IMG/VR virus record: IMGVR_UViG_3300020050_014713
Location: 19,713-83,712 of that record
From: a virus
Lineage: Duplodnaviria; Caudoviricetes
Strand: one strand, 5' to 3'
DNA length: 64,000 bases
The notes below the pieces were generated by a model. The model was given only the letters and a program-made list of their open reading frames with translations, was not told the origin of the DNA and ran no database searches. The position numbers and the translations under genes were made by a program. This document shows positions 34,958-45,105 of this stretch, one piece after another; positions within the stretch are counted from its first letter, which is position 1; every line of letters begins with the position of its first letter.

Positions 34958-37675
34958 ATGGCTAATAAATTTTGGGGATTTTTTAAAGGCGTTCTTCTTA
35001 GAAAAGAAGCTTCTGCCGTTTCGTATGCTGCTGAAAACGAAGGTGCAATATATAACAACAATAACCTTGAGCTTCGTACTCAGCTTGCTGGTGCTGATAG
35101 GGAAATTGTAACTGAAGACCAGACACAAACCCTTACTAACAAAACTATCAATGCTGATTCCAATACCATTACCAATATTGAAAACGCTGATATTAAAGCT
35201 GGCGCTGCTATTGATGCTTCTAAAATTGCTGATGGTAGCGTTTCTAATACCGAATTCCAATATCTTGCTAACGTAACAAGCGATATTCAATCTCAATTTT
35301 CTGGAACTGCAAGCGCTGCCGACGTAGCAGATTTAGTTACTTTAAGTGGCGTAGCTTCTGGTAGTGAAGATTTAGGTACCTTTACCGGAGCAACAATCCC
35401 AGACAATTCAGATAACAAAGAAGCTTTTCAAGCCCTAGAAACAGCCCACGAAGCCCACGTAAATGACTCTTCTGCCGCACACGCAGCTTCTGCGGTATCC
35501 AACACCCCATCTGGCAACCTAGCTGCTACAGACGTTCAGGGAGCTTTAAACGAGCTTCAGTCAGATGTTGACACCAGGGCTACTAGCTCCGCTCTAACCA
35601 CCCATACCGGAGCTTCTACTGGAGTTCATGGAGTAACTGGTTCAGTAGTGGGTACGTCTGATACTCAAACTTTATCTGCCAAAACTTTCTCAGACGCCGT
35701 TACCTTGGCAGAAATTTCTACTCCTACTACACCCTCTTCAGGCTTTGGTAAAGTATATTTTAAAGCTGATGGAAGCTTGTATCAACTAAGTGATAGTGGT
35801 GCAGAAACTAAAGTTGGTTCTGGTTCAGGGTCTAAAAATTATATTTCAAATTTTGATGCCGCTCAGGGTACTACTGGCTATGCCACTTATGCTGACGCTG
35901 CTGGAACTAGTCCTGTAGATGGAACTGGCGGTAGCCCTAGCGTAACCTTTGCTGCAAATACCTCCTCTCCTCTTTCTGGGGCTGCAGATTTCTTATTTAC
36001 TAAAGATGCTGCAAATAGACAAGGTCAGGGTGTAAGTTACGCTTTTACAATTGATAATGCCGACCGTGCTAGTGTTCTTCGCATTGCTTTTGACTATTCA
36101 ACTTCTGCCAGTTTTGCAGACGCTGATATGCGAATGTATATCTACGATGTAACTAACTCCCGTCTAATTGAAGGTGTTCCTGTTGAAATTGGTGCCAATG
36201 CTCAAGGACATTTTGCTTCTGAATTTCAAACAAGTCCTGATAGCACTAGCTACCGTTTAATTTTTCACGTAGCTTCTACCAACGCTTCAGCTTATACATT
36301 AAATTTTGACAACGTTGTTGTTGGTCCACAATCAGTTGTTAAAGGACCAATTGTTACAGATTGGGTTTCCTTTACTCCCACTGGTGGGTTTTCTACTAAC
36401 TCTACATATACTGGAAAATATCGAAGAGTAGGAGATAATTTAGAAGTTTCTGCAAAAATTGCTTTTTCTGGAGCACCTAACAGCACCGACTGTACCTTTA
36501 ACTTACCAAGCGGTTTATCAATTGATTCTAATAAAGTTTTAAGCACAACTCCACAAAGTGCTAATTTTGGTACTGGTAACATATTTGATACTAGTGCTGG
36601 ATTTAACTATGTAGCGCAAGTAACGTACCATTCGTCTACTGCTATACGATTAAGGGGCGGAAACGGATCTAGTAACGTTTCTGATACAAGTCCGATAACT
36701 TTTGCAAACGGCGATACTATTGAAGTTATTTTTAGAGTGCCTATTTCTGGATGGTCTTCTAACCAAGTTCTTTCTCAAGATAATGGACAAAGAGTCGTAT
36801 CATTTAGTGCTCGCAGAAGTTCTTCAGATCAATCAATTACCACTGCTACTGAAACTAAAGTACAATTTAACTCAGTCTCCTTTGATTCTACCAATTCATT
36901 TAGTACTTCCACGTATAGATTTACTGCTCCTGAAAATGGATTTTATTTTTTAAGTGCAACTTGCCAAATTAATAACTCTACTCAAGATACTCTCAATAGT
37001 ATTAGAATTAAAAAGAATGGTACAACAGACTTAGTGGTAAAAAACGAGGATAAGGCATATGCTAGTTTTTATGCTTCTGCAAATGCCGTAGATCAAGCTA
37101 TTAAAGGGGATTATTACGAAGTTTACATGCTAAGTAACGACACTTCTTATGAAGTTGTAAATTCTGTATCATCATTTTTTTCCGGATTTAAAATCCAATC
37201 TGCACAACAAATTGCCGCAAGTGAGGTAATTGCTTGTTCTTATGAAACTAATGCTGGACAAGCAGTTGCAAACAATACTGTTACACTTGTAACCTATGAA
37301 GATAAATCTTTTGATACTCATAATATCTATAATACATCTACTGGAGAAGGCACGGTTCCAGTGTCTGGAAAATATACGCTTAGTGCAAGTGTTTATTATG
37401 ATGGATCTACTGACTGGGCTGTCGGCGAATCTGCAAATATCAGACTAGAAATAGATAGAGGTTCTGGTTTTAATACAGAGGCGGGAGTTGAATTGTTTCC
37501 GCCTACTGCATCATCTGCGGTAGGATTATCTATTGGAGCAAATAAAGTATTTGATTTAGTAAAGGGTAATAAATTTAGAATTAGAACGTATCAGGTTTCC
37601 GGAAATAGTAGAAACCTAATTGCAGTTGCTGCATTTAATTATATGTCTTTTGCTAGAGTTGGAGGAGTTGAATAA
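34958..37675 (+). CDS. Tail fibre / receptor-binding protein (905 aa)
   Basis: QTLTNKT repeats, Ser/Thr/Gly-rich, C-terminal C1q-like beta domains. Confidence 0.8.
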   Translation: MANKFWGFFKGVLLRKEASAVSYAAENEGAIYNNNNLELRTQLAGADREIVTEDQTQTLTNKTINADSNTITNIENADIKAGAAIDASKIADGSVSNTEFQYLANVTSDIQSQFSGTASAADVADLVTLSGVASGSEDLGTFTGATIPDNSDNKEAFQALETAHEAHVNDSSAAHAASAVSNTPSGNLAATDVQGALNELQSDVDTRATSSALTTHTGASTGVHGVTGSVVGTSDTQTLSAKTFSDAVTLAEISTPTTPSSGFGKVYFKADGSLYQLSDSGAETKVGSGSGSKNYISNFDAAQGTTGYATYADAAGTSPVDGTGGSPSVTFAANTSSPLSGAADFLFTKDAANRQGQGVSYAFTIDNADRASVLRIAFDYSTSASFADADMRMYIYDVTNSRLIEGVPVEIGANAQGHFASEFQTSPDSTSYRLIFHVASTNASAYTLNFDNVVVGPQSVVKGPIVTDWVSFTPTGGFSTNSTYTGKYRRVGDNLEVSAKIAFSGAPNSTDCTFNLPSGLSIDSNKVLSTTPQSANFGTGNIFDTSAGFNYVAQVTYHSSTAIRLRGGNGSSNVSDTSPITFANGDTIEVIFRVPISGWSSNQVLSQDNGQRVVSFSARRSSSDQSITTATETKVQFNSVSFDSTNSFSTSTYRFTAPENGFYFLSATCQINNSTQDTLNSIRIKKNGTTDLVVKNEDKAYASFYASANAVDQAIKGDYYEVYMLSNDTSYEVVNSVSSFFSGFKIQSAQQIAASEVIACSYETNAGQAVANNTVTLVTYEDKSFDTHNIYNTSTGEGTVPVSGKYTLSASVYYDGSTDWAVGESANIRLEIDRGSGFNTEAGVELFPPTASSAVGLSIGANKVFDLVKGNKFRIRTYQVSGNSRNLIAVAAFNYMSFARVGGVE

Positions 37676-38040
37676 TGTACCGGGTTAAAATACAAAATTT
37701 AAATGATAACAGACGCTGGCAAGCAGATTTTTCTACTGAAGAGCAAGCTCAATCTTGGTTAGCAGAGCAAAAGTTAAAAATTGGACGTAGAGAAGCTAGA
37801 GAAGAGCAAGTTGAAGAAGAGCAGGTTCAGTTTGAAGCTGAAGCTAGTTATGAAATTGAAAACTTATCAGAAAACTACGACTATTTATTAGCTCAGTGTT
37901 ATAAAAATCGCAGAGCTGCTTATCCTCGTATGGAAGATTACATGGATGCCATCGTAAAGGGAGACGATGCTCAAGCTCAAGCTTATATTGATGCTTGTTT
38001 AGCTGTTAAGGCTTTATATCCCAAGCCCTCTGAGGAATAA
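37675..38040 (+). CDS. Tail-fibre assembly/chaperone-like protein
   Basis: R-x-x-AYP...AVKALYPKP motif, directly after the fibre gene. Confidence 0.65.
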   Translation: MYRVKIQNLNDNRRWQADFSTEEQAQSWLAEQKLKIGRREAREEQVEEEQVQFEAEASYEIENLSENYDYLLAQCYKNRRAAYPRMEDYMDAIVKGDDAQAQAYIDACLAVKALYPKPSEE

Positions 38041-38759
38041 TGGATCAGAAAAAATTTGCAGAATTGGCTAAAAAATATATTGGAAAGGTTCAGCCTTCTG
38101 AAAAAAGTTCATACTCTGCAGATGAATTTAACGCTCTTGTAAGTAAAATGCAACAAGCCAAAGATATGGACCCAAGGCTTGCTCTAATTGCTAAAAAAAT
38201 GGCAGAGAAAGCACATTCTCCTGTAGAGGGTATGGGTTCTGGAATGGATGCCAACCTTAATAATTTAAAAGAAATTGTAAGGGGAAGTAAGCCAGACCTT
38301 GAGGAAGTCATTAAAGTTCCTGGTGGAGAAGGTGGTTGGATTCAAGATATCCACAAAGTAAAGGGCAAGATTCCTGTTGATGCTTCTACTATTGTACCTT
38401 CTAGTGAATCAACTGCCGATAAAGTTTCTAGTGTCATTAAAAATGTTACTGACCGCATAGATTCTCCAACAATGATGAAAGAACTTAAGGGTCCTGAGTT
38501 TACAGAATCTCTTGCTAAGAAACTTGGTAGAACTGGATTAAAGGCTTTTTCAGCCCTTGCTGGACCTGCTGTGGGTGTTGGAGCAGCACTAGCTACCGGA
38601 GATGCCTCTGCCGCCCTTCCAGAAGCCCTACAGTCGGAAGAAGTGGGTCGTGGTAGCGATACTCAAAAAGCTTCTGAAATGGATAGACCTTCTGAAGGAG
38701 GCTATATGTCCCCTGAGCGTAGCAGGCGTTTGTTTGAAGCTTTTAGGAACAAGTACTGA
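38040..38759 (+). CDS. Putative virion protein resembling the N-terminal half of 56593-58341
   Basis: IVPSS motif and Gly/Ala amphipathic segment. Confidence 0.55.
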   Translation: MDQKKFAELAKKYIGKVQPSEKSSYSADEFNALVSKMQQAKDMDPRLALIAKKMAEKAHSPVEGMGSGMDANLNNLKEIVRGSKPDLEEVIKVPGGEGGWIQDIHKVKGKIPVDASTIVPSSESTADKVSSVIKNVTDRIDSPTMMKELKGPEFTESLAKKLGRTGLKAFSALAGPAVGVGAALATGDASAALPEALQSEEVGRGSDTQKASEMDRPSEGGYMSPERSRRLFEAFRNKY

Positions 38760-38992
38760 TGAAAGATTTTTTTAAAAAACTTATTTACAACGGAAGTACT
38801 GGGGAACCTTCTCTTACTGCTTTGCTTGTAATTGTATTTGCTGTTGTTGCTGGGTACGGCGCTATTAATGAGTTTGTTATGGGCGGAGCAGAACCCAAAG
38901 CTGCTGTAGATTTATTTTGGGGAGTGTTAGTTGCATACACAGGGCGTAGAATTTCAGTGGGAAATAAAAATTACTCAGGTGAGGATAAATAA
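38759..38992 (+). CDS. Putative holin (2 TM)
   Basis: 77 aa, two hydrophobic helices, charged C-terminus. Confidence 0.55.
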   Translation: MKDFFKKLIYNGSTGEPSLTALLVIVFAVVAGYGAINEFVMGGAEPKAAVDLFWGVLVAYTGRRISVGNKNYSGEDK

Positions 38993-39705
38993 TGGAAAAT
39001 GATAAAAAGTTTGGGTTAAATTCTTTAATCCAAGGCACAAAGGTTCTTGCCAACGGCATAGACATCTCTGATGAAGCTAAAGTGCGATTTGTGATTGAAG
39101 GTGCTGCTGGAGGCAACACAGTTGTTGTAAAAGGTAAAATTACCGGAGAAGATACTTTCTCTACAACTCTTGCAACTCTAAGCGGTTCTATCAATCAAGT
39201 AGTAAACGTTGCTACTTATGATCAAATTTATGTTGAATGTACGGTTTATGCTTCTTCTGGAAGCTACGTAAAGGTTATTGCAAGTTCTTTTAATGATGCC
39301 GGAGGTTCTGCTATCGATCAGATAGGTGTACTTACCGGCGACAACTTAACTGACTTTTCAGAATTCAGCTTTACTTCTTCAGATGGAAGCATTGAAATTG
39401 AAGGCAATAATACTACTAAAGAAATTGATCTTCGTGCAATTGGCGGAGGCGGTGGTAGTTCTTACGTAGATACTTTTAATGATAGTGCTGATTGGGGTTC
39501 TGCTTCTGGCGGTAACTATTCTTTAACTGTTACTCAAGGTACTCACGGCAGGGGTACATCTCCAAAGGTTCAAGTATTTGAACTTGTTGGAGCTTCCTAC
39601 GAATTAGTGTATTTGAATACTGTAGTATCTGCTACAGGAAACGTAACTATATCTGTAAATGAAACTCCGGATCTAAGATTCGAAGGTAAAATAATTATTT
39701 TTTAA
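38992..39705 (+). CDS. Virion structural protein (N-terminal domain paralogous to 41532-42605)
   Basis: AAGGNTVVVKGKITG vs AAGGNTIVARGKITG. Confidence 0.7.
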   Translation: MENDKKFGLNSLIQGTKVLANGIDISDEAKVRFVIEGAAGGNTVVVKGKITGEDTFSTTLATLSGSINQVVNVATYDQIYVECTVYASSGSYVKVIASSFNDAGGSAIDQIGVLTGDNLTDFSEFSFTSSDGSIEIEGNNTTKEIDLRAIGGGGGSSYVDTFNDSADWGSASGGNYSLTVTQGTHGRGTSPKVQVFELVGASYELVYLNTVVSATGNVTISVNETPDLRFEGKIIIF

Positions 39706-39717
39706 AAGGGAAATACA

Positions 39718-41532
39718 ATGGCTGTTCAAAAGTTTAAAAATGGCGTGCGAGTTGAGGGTGATCTACAATTACCAAACCAAACCGCTAGCCGTGCATTAGC
39801 AACTGATGGAAGCGGCAATGCTGTTTCCACGTCCGTAACAAGCACAGAACTAGGATATTTATCTGGAGTTACTAGTGCTATCCAAACTCAACTAAATGAT
39901 GCTGGTACAGACCTTTCTGACCACATTAGTGATGCTTCAGATGCTCACGATGCCAGTGCTATTTCTAACTCACCAAGTGGAAACTTAGCTGCTACAGATG
40001 TACAGGCAGCTCTAAACGAACTTCAATCTGATGTTGATAGCCGTGCTCTAGATAGTGCTGTTATTAAAAAAGACGGCAGCGTAGCATTTACTGCCGATCA
40101 ATCTATGGGAGGTTTTAAACTAACCTCCTTAGCTGCCCCAGTATCTTCCTCTGACGCCGCTACTAAAGGCTACGTAGACAACGCTTTAGAAGGTCTACGT
40201 CCTAAAGAAGCTGTTCGCGTTGCCACTACTGCATCTTTAAACTTAGCCAATGCACTAGAAAACGGAGACACTGTAGATGGAGTAACCCTTGCTACTGGGG
40301 ACCGTGTACTAGTAAAAGATCAGGCTGCTCCTGAACAAAACGGTATCTACGTTGTTGTAGCTTCTGGCGCTGCTTCTCGTTCTACCGACTTCGATTCTTT
40401 AAGTCCAATTGATGAAATTAATAAAGCTTACGTTGCTGTACAAGAAGGTACTGCCAACGCTGGTAAACTATTTGTCCAGTATGGTGATGTTGCTGTACTA
40501 GATACTGATCCCATTAACTTTACATTCTTTAACTCTGTTTCTGGGCTTACTGGCGGAGATGGTATTACCGTTTCTGGTTCCAATATTTCTGTTGACCACG
40601 ATGGAGAAGGTCTTACCTTTGTTGCTACTCAGCTAGCCATAGAACTAGATGGCGCTACCTTGTCTAAGGGTGCTTCTGGTCTAAAACTAACCGACACTGC
40701 CGTAACTCCAGGTTCATTTGGTTCTGCTACTGAAACTGTTACCTTCACTGTAGACCAGCAGGGTCGTCTTACCGCAGCTTCTGAACAATCAATTTCTATT
40801 CCTGCTTCTCAAGTATCTGATTTTGACGAAGCCGCTCAAGACGCTGTTGGCGGTATCCTAACCGACAGTTCTTCCATTGACTTTACCTATACTGACGGCG
40901 GACCTACTATTTCTGCAGCGGTGTTGCCTGCTGGTGTTGACCACGATGCTTTGGCTAACTTTGTTGCCAACGAACACATTGACCACACTACAGTTCAAAT
41001 TGCTACTGCTGCTGATTCCGGTCTATCTGGCGGCGGTACCATTGCAGCTACTCGTAACCTTGTTGTAGATATTAACGGCACCACTGCTGAAACTTCTGCA
41101 GACAACGCCGACAAGATCCTAATCTACGACAACTCTGCTACCGCGCTAAAGAGCATGACTAGGGCTAACTTCCTATCAGGAATTCCTACCGCTTCTGCCG
41201 GAGACATTAGTGAAACGTCTTTTGCTCTAGCCAATGACCAATCCACTCCTGCTAACGTTACAGGATTTGCATTTGCCAACGCAACTGTTCGTAGTTTCTT
41301 TGCCCTAGCTTCTGTATTTATTGACGCTACTTCTGACTTGTACGAAGAATTTACTCTACAAGGAGTTCAGAAAGGTGCTAGCTGGGACATGAGTGTTTCC
41401 TCCGTAGGCGACAATAGTACTGTCGTATTTACAATTACTAACGCCGGACAGATTCAATACGTTTCTGCCGACAACGCGGGATTCTCTGCTGGAGCAATGA
41501 GATTCCGCGCTATTACAACTAGTGTAGCCTAA
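39718..41532 (+). CDS. Tail fibre protein (604 aa)
   Basis: DAATKGYVD motif, VRVATT...GDRVLVKDQ...NGIYVV fibre module, TVDQQGRLT repeat. Confidence 0.8.
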   Translation: MAVQKFKNGVRVEGDLQLPNQTASRALATDGSGNAVSTSVTSTELGYLSGVTSAIQTQLNDAGTDLSDHISDASDAHDASAISNSPSGNLAATDVQAALNELQSDVDSRALDSAVIKKDGSVAFTADQSMGGFKLTSLAAPVSSSDAATKGYVDNALEGLRPKEAVRVATTASLNLANALENGDTVDGVTLATGDRVLVKDQAAPEQNGIYVVVASGAASRSTDFDSLSPIDEINKAYVAVQEGTANAGKLFVQYGDVAVLDTDPINFTFFNSVSGLTGGDGITVSGSNISVDHDGEGLTFVATQLAIELDGATLSKGASGLKLTDTAVTPGSFGSATETVTFTVDQQGRLTAASEQSISIPASQVSDFDEAAQDAVGGILTDSSSIDFTYTDGGPTISAAVLPAGVDHDALANFVANEHIDHTTVQIATAADSGLSGGGTIAATRNLVVDINGTTAETSADNADKILIYDNSATALKSMTRANFLSGIPTASAGDISETSFALANDQSTPANVTGFAFANATVRSFFALASVFIDATSDLYEEFTLQGVQKGASWDMSVSSVGDNSTVVFTITNAGQIQYVSADNAGFSAGAMRFRAITTSVA

Positions 41533-42605
41533 TGCAATTTAGCAAAGTTGGTCTAGTAGATTTTCGCGTTGCTGGTACAGGGGTTTTTTACGAAGCTTCC
41601 TGTGCTGGCAACTTTACTGCTAGATTAGTTATTGCTTTTGCTGCTGGTGGTAACACCATTGTAGCTCGCGGTAAAATTACTGGTCAGAATAACTGGGAAC
41701 TCATTGAAACGGTTAATGGATCAACTAGTATTGCATTTTCTTTAAATACTTATGACCACGTACAATTAGAATGTACTAGCTTTGGATCTACAGAAACTCC
41801 AGCTTATATTGAAGTTAACTTTTCAGGATTTTCAGAACCATTTGGCGCTACTATTGATGACTCTGATATTTCTCTTACTGAAACCTGGTCATCTAGTAAA
41901 ATTAGTAGTGCTATTTTAGGACTTGGAGATATATATGTTCGATCAACGAGATTTGCATCTATTAGCTCAGGCACAAGCGGAACCATTACAATCCCACCTG
42001 AGCAAGAAATTGTCCTCGATGACTTCGGAGGAACAATCGACGCAATTGTTGCAACTATCTCCGGAGGTCGCCCGACGATTACTCCTGCGCAAGATTCCGG
42101 TGGCACAATCATTGCTACGACGTTCAATGCCTTGGGTGCTTATAGCCTCACTGGTACTCCAAGCAGCTACCCTGTTGCTCTTATTTACAGAGTTCGGCAG
42201 AAACTTTCTACGTATGTAGACACTGATTCTAACATCATTGGCTTTGCTCAATACGACGAAGTTAAATCTGTAAACGGTAAAAGTGGTGCCGTAGTACTTA
42301 CCGCTACTGACGTGGGCGCTCTTGATGCTGTAAATGCTCTTACTGTTGAGCTTCTGTGGAATCAAACATATCCATCCTTTTATACAGAAATGACCTACGA
42401 TATTTCAGATAAGGTAACTCAAGTTGATATTTGGGAAAGTGCTTCTAAAGTAACCCACATATTTACAAAAGAATTTACCTACTCTGGAAACCAGGTTACC
42501 ACGGTAGAGGTTACTCATCATATTGATGGAGCAACTTTAGTTAAAAATTTTACATATGATATAGACGGCTTTATTACTAACGTAACAAGAGTATATACTC
42601 CATAG
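41532..42605 (+). CDS. Tail-associated structural protein
   Basis: SVNGKSGAVVL fibre motif; TWSSSKI motif. Confidence 0.7.
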   Translation: MQFSKVGLVDFRVAGTGVFYEASCAGNFTARLVIAFAAGGNTIVARGKITGQNNWELIETVNGSTSIAFSLNTYDHVQLECTSFGSTETPAYIEVNFSGFSEPFGATIDDSDISLTETWSSSKISSAILGLGDIYVRSTRFASISSGTSGTITIPPEQEIVLDDFGGTIDAIVATISGGRPTITPAQDSGGTIIATTFNALGAYSLTGTPSSYPVALIYRVRQKLSTYVDTDSNIIGFAQYDEVKSVNGKSGAVVLTATDVGALDAVNALTVELLWNQTYPSFYTEMTYDISDKVTQVDIWESASKVTHIFTKEFTYSGNQVTTVEVTHHIDGATLVKNFTYDIDGFITNVTRVYTP

Positions 42606-42610
42606 GATTT

Positions 42611-43048
42611 ATGCTAGTAGCTATTGTAAATGATAATATTGTAACTTCAATTGTAGAATTAAGTGAATCTGAATATTCTTACGAAGCTACCAAAAATCAA
42701 CTACTTATCGATATTTCAACAATTTTTCCAACTCCAAAGGTTGGGTGGACTTTTGATGGAATTAATTTAGTTAGTAATGGCAATATTGATTGGAAAATCA
42801 CTAAGTTAGCAATGCGAAATAGATTTACCATATCCGAACTTACAGCATTTTATAATCTTACCTTGGTAAGTGTGCCGTTTAAGATTATGTTGGATAATTT
42901 AAGCGTATCTACTTTTATTGACTTAAAAAGACCGGAAACATATGCTGGAGTAATGGCATTAGTAAGTGCTGGTGTTTTGACAAGCGATAGGGCATATGCT
43001 ATTCTAAATACTGAACCAAATGAAACAGAAGTTTACAGAGGCGTATAA
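42611..43048 (+). CDS. Tail assembly chaperone-like protein
   Basis: PKVGWTFDG and KITKLAMRNRFT motifs typical of fibre-adjacent genes. Confidence 0.55.
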   Translation: MLVAIVNDNIVTSIVELSESEYSYEATKNQLLIDISTIFPTPKVGWTFDGINLVSNGNIDWKITKLAMRNRFTISELTAFYNLTLVSVPFKIMLDNLSVSTFIDLKRPETYAGVMALVSAGVLTSDRAYAILNTEPNETEVYRGV

Positions 43049-45105
43049 TGGGAATTTATAAAAAGCTAGATTTACTAAGTGATGTAACAGGCACTTATGA
43101 TCAAACAAAAACCACTATTCAAGGAAGGGTTTTTCAAAAGACTATTGCTTCTGAAGCTGCTTTAGGTCCTCCGGTTAGTAGATTCGTAGATGTGTTTACT
43201 GACAGCGGTCAAACTCCTACTGGTGGAATGGAAGTTACTGAAAACGGACGAATGTTTGTTTGCGGTGCCGTGTCTGGTGGTGTTTTGCCAATAATGCTAT
43301 ATTCTTTTAATATTTCCACTGGCGTCAGTGCTTACATTGGTAGGATTAACGTAGCGCTGCCAAACTCTGCTGCAACAACTCATACTTTAAAAAACATCCG
43401 AGTTGTTGATTCTGGAACAACTGGTTGGAAAATATTTTTAAGTACTACTGGATCTGTTGTTATTAACGGAGGATTATTCCTAGTTAACAAAGTTGATTTG
43501 GCAGATTTCGTGCCAATTGGGTTTCCCACAATTGCCTTTGCTACGGGGGACGACCAAAAAGCAGTATATTTTTTACAAGATCCTGCCTCTATGGGAGTTT
43601 CTAATTTATTAACTGCATCTGCTGGAAGTTGTCTATATCCTTCTTCTTCAGAAGTTTATGTTTTAAACGGAACCGCAACCGTTTATCAAGTACATAAGTT
43701 TTCTTATTCATCAGCACCCACTTACGCAACTCAAACCTGTACCGCAGCTACTACACCAGCCTCCCCTACTTACACTCTTACAGGTCACGGCTATTCTAAC
43801 AACGATCAAATTGTAATAATTTCTAGTAACCCTGGTGGATTTACAATAGGAACTGTTTATTTTGCAAGAAACGTATCTGCAAATACATTTGAACTTTCTG
43901 CAACCTCTGGGGGAGCGTCTATTAACGCAACTACGGCTGTAACTCCAGTAGTTGGTAGGGCATTTGGTATTACAGGTTCTTATTTTACATTAAAAACTGG
44001 AAACTTACCAGTTATGACAGGAACTCTGGTAACTAACGGATCGGTAGATTGCGCTACTCCATCTCATACTACAAACGCCGGATTTGATTGTTTATTTTTT
44101 GCAACTTCTACTAACTTATACCTAGGAAAACTTAGCGAACTTACCTCAGGAGTTACTACCTGGGCTTCATTAGTAACTTCTAATATTTCTGGAACAATAA
44201 ACCAAATAACTGGTCCAACTACTACCATTGCTACTTGGTCTGATACATTAGATTCAGCAACTTATACTACCAATACATCTATTTTCATAACTAAGCAAAT
44301 TGTAAATAACGTTATACAAACCCAGACCGGATCACTAATCAACACCTACTACGAGGGGTTTACTGTAGATACTGCTGCTTTAGGGTTTGTTACTGTAGGT
44401 GCTTTGGCTTCCAGAAGCGGCTGGATGTTTTGTAATAGTAGCACTGCCGGTCAACGTGGTGTTCTTTGTTCAGACTTTAGGTCAGATTATCTATATGATT
44501 ACTCATACATTGTAACAAAGGTAATCAATACTCCAAATTCAACTTTAGAAACTATATCTTCTATTGAATCTTTGTACCACAAAACTGGGAACTTATATTG
44601 TTACTATAGAACTTCTGGGTTTGGAAGCATTTCTGGCGGTTGGATTCATATTGATTTGGGACAGGATTTATCCGCCCTATCTGCACATCCACAAGTTCAA
44701 TTTAAGTTAGCCTTTGCTATGCAATCGGAGCAGAGTTCTTCTCCTGCTCAAGTTAATGAGTTTGTAGTTACTTTGAATTCTGATAATCAAATTTCAGACT
44801 ACTGGGAAGGTTCTGTTGAAAATACAATAAGCACCTCTCCCGCAAAATCTGCATTTAGACTTCAAAGAGTTTACGAATCCGGAACTGTTCCAAAGATGTA
44901 CTTTAGGGCTTATGATGACAGTGGTGTGCTAGTAGCAAGTGGTAATACTGTAGACGATGCATCTTTCTTTGAATATACAACCAATAACGGTTCAAGTTGG
45001 AACTCGTTGGGAACTATTCCAAACACTGCACTTACCACTGAACTTAGATACAATTGGGCAACTCCTCCGGGAGTAAGAGTAACCGTTTCCCTAAGAGAAG
45101 AATAA
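43048..45105 (+). CDS. Virion structural protein (685 aa) with an inserted E1-FCCH-like beta domain
   Basis: Thr/Ser/Gly-rich; TGHGYSNNDQIV...ANTFELS. Confidence 0.7.
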   Translation: MGIYKKLDLLSDVTGTYDQTKTTIQGRVFQKTIASEAALGPPVSRFVDVFTDSGQTPTGGMEVTENGRMFVCGAVSGGVLPIMLYSFNISTGVSAYIGRINVALPNSAATTHTLKNIRVVDSGTTGWKIFLSTTGSVVINGGLFLVNKVDLADFVPIGFPTIAFATGDDQKAVYFLQDPASMGVSNLLTASAGSCLYPSSSEVYVLNGTATVYQVHKFSYSSAPTYATQTCTAATTPASPTYTLTGHGYSNNDQIVIISSNPGGFTIGTVYFARNVSANTFELSATSGGASINATTAVTPVVGRAFGITGSYFTLKTGNLPVMTGTLVTNGSVDCATPSHTTNAGFDCLFFATSTNLYLGKLSELTSGVTTWASLVTSNISGTINQITGPTTTIATWSDTLDSATYTTNTSIFITKQIVNNVIQTQTGSLINTYYEGFTVDTAALGFVTVGALASRSGWMFCNSSTAGQRGVLCSDFRSDYLYDYSYIVTKVINTPNSTLETISSIESLYHKTGNLYCYYRTSGFGSISGGWIHIDLGQDLSALSAHPQVQFKLAFAMQSEQSSSPAQVNEFVVTLNSDNQISDYWEGSVENTISTSPAKSAFRLQRVYESGTVPKMYFRAYDDSGVLVASGNTVDDASFFEYTTNNGSSWNSLGTIPNTALTTELRYNWATPPGVRVTVSLREE

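Noticed and set aside
35455-40047. Diversity-generating retroelement TR/VR pair in the tail-fibre repeats
   Set aside because: No reverse transcriptase in the window; differences are spread over synonymous positions rather than adenine-specific, and the repeats are not at the C-termini.
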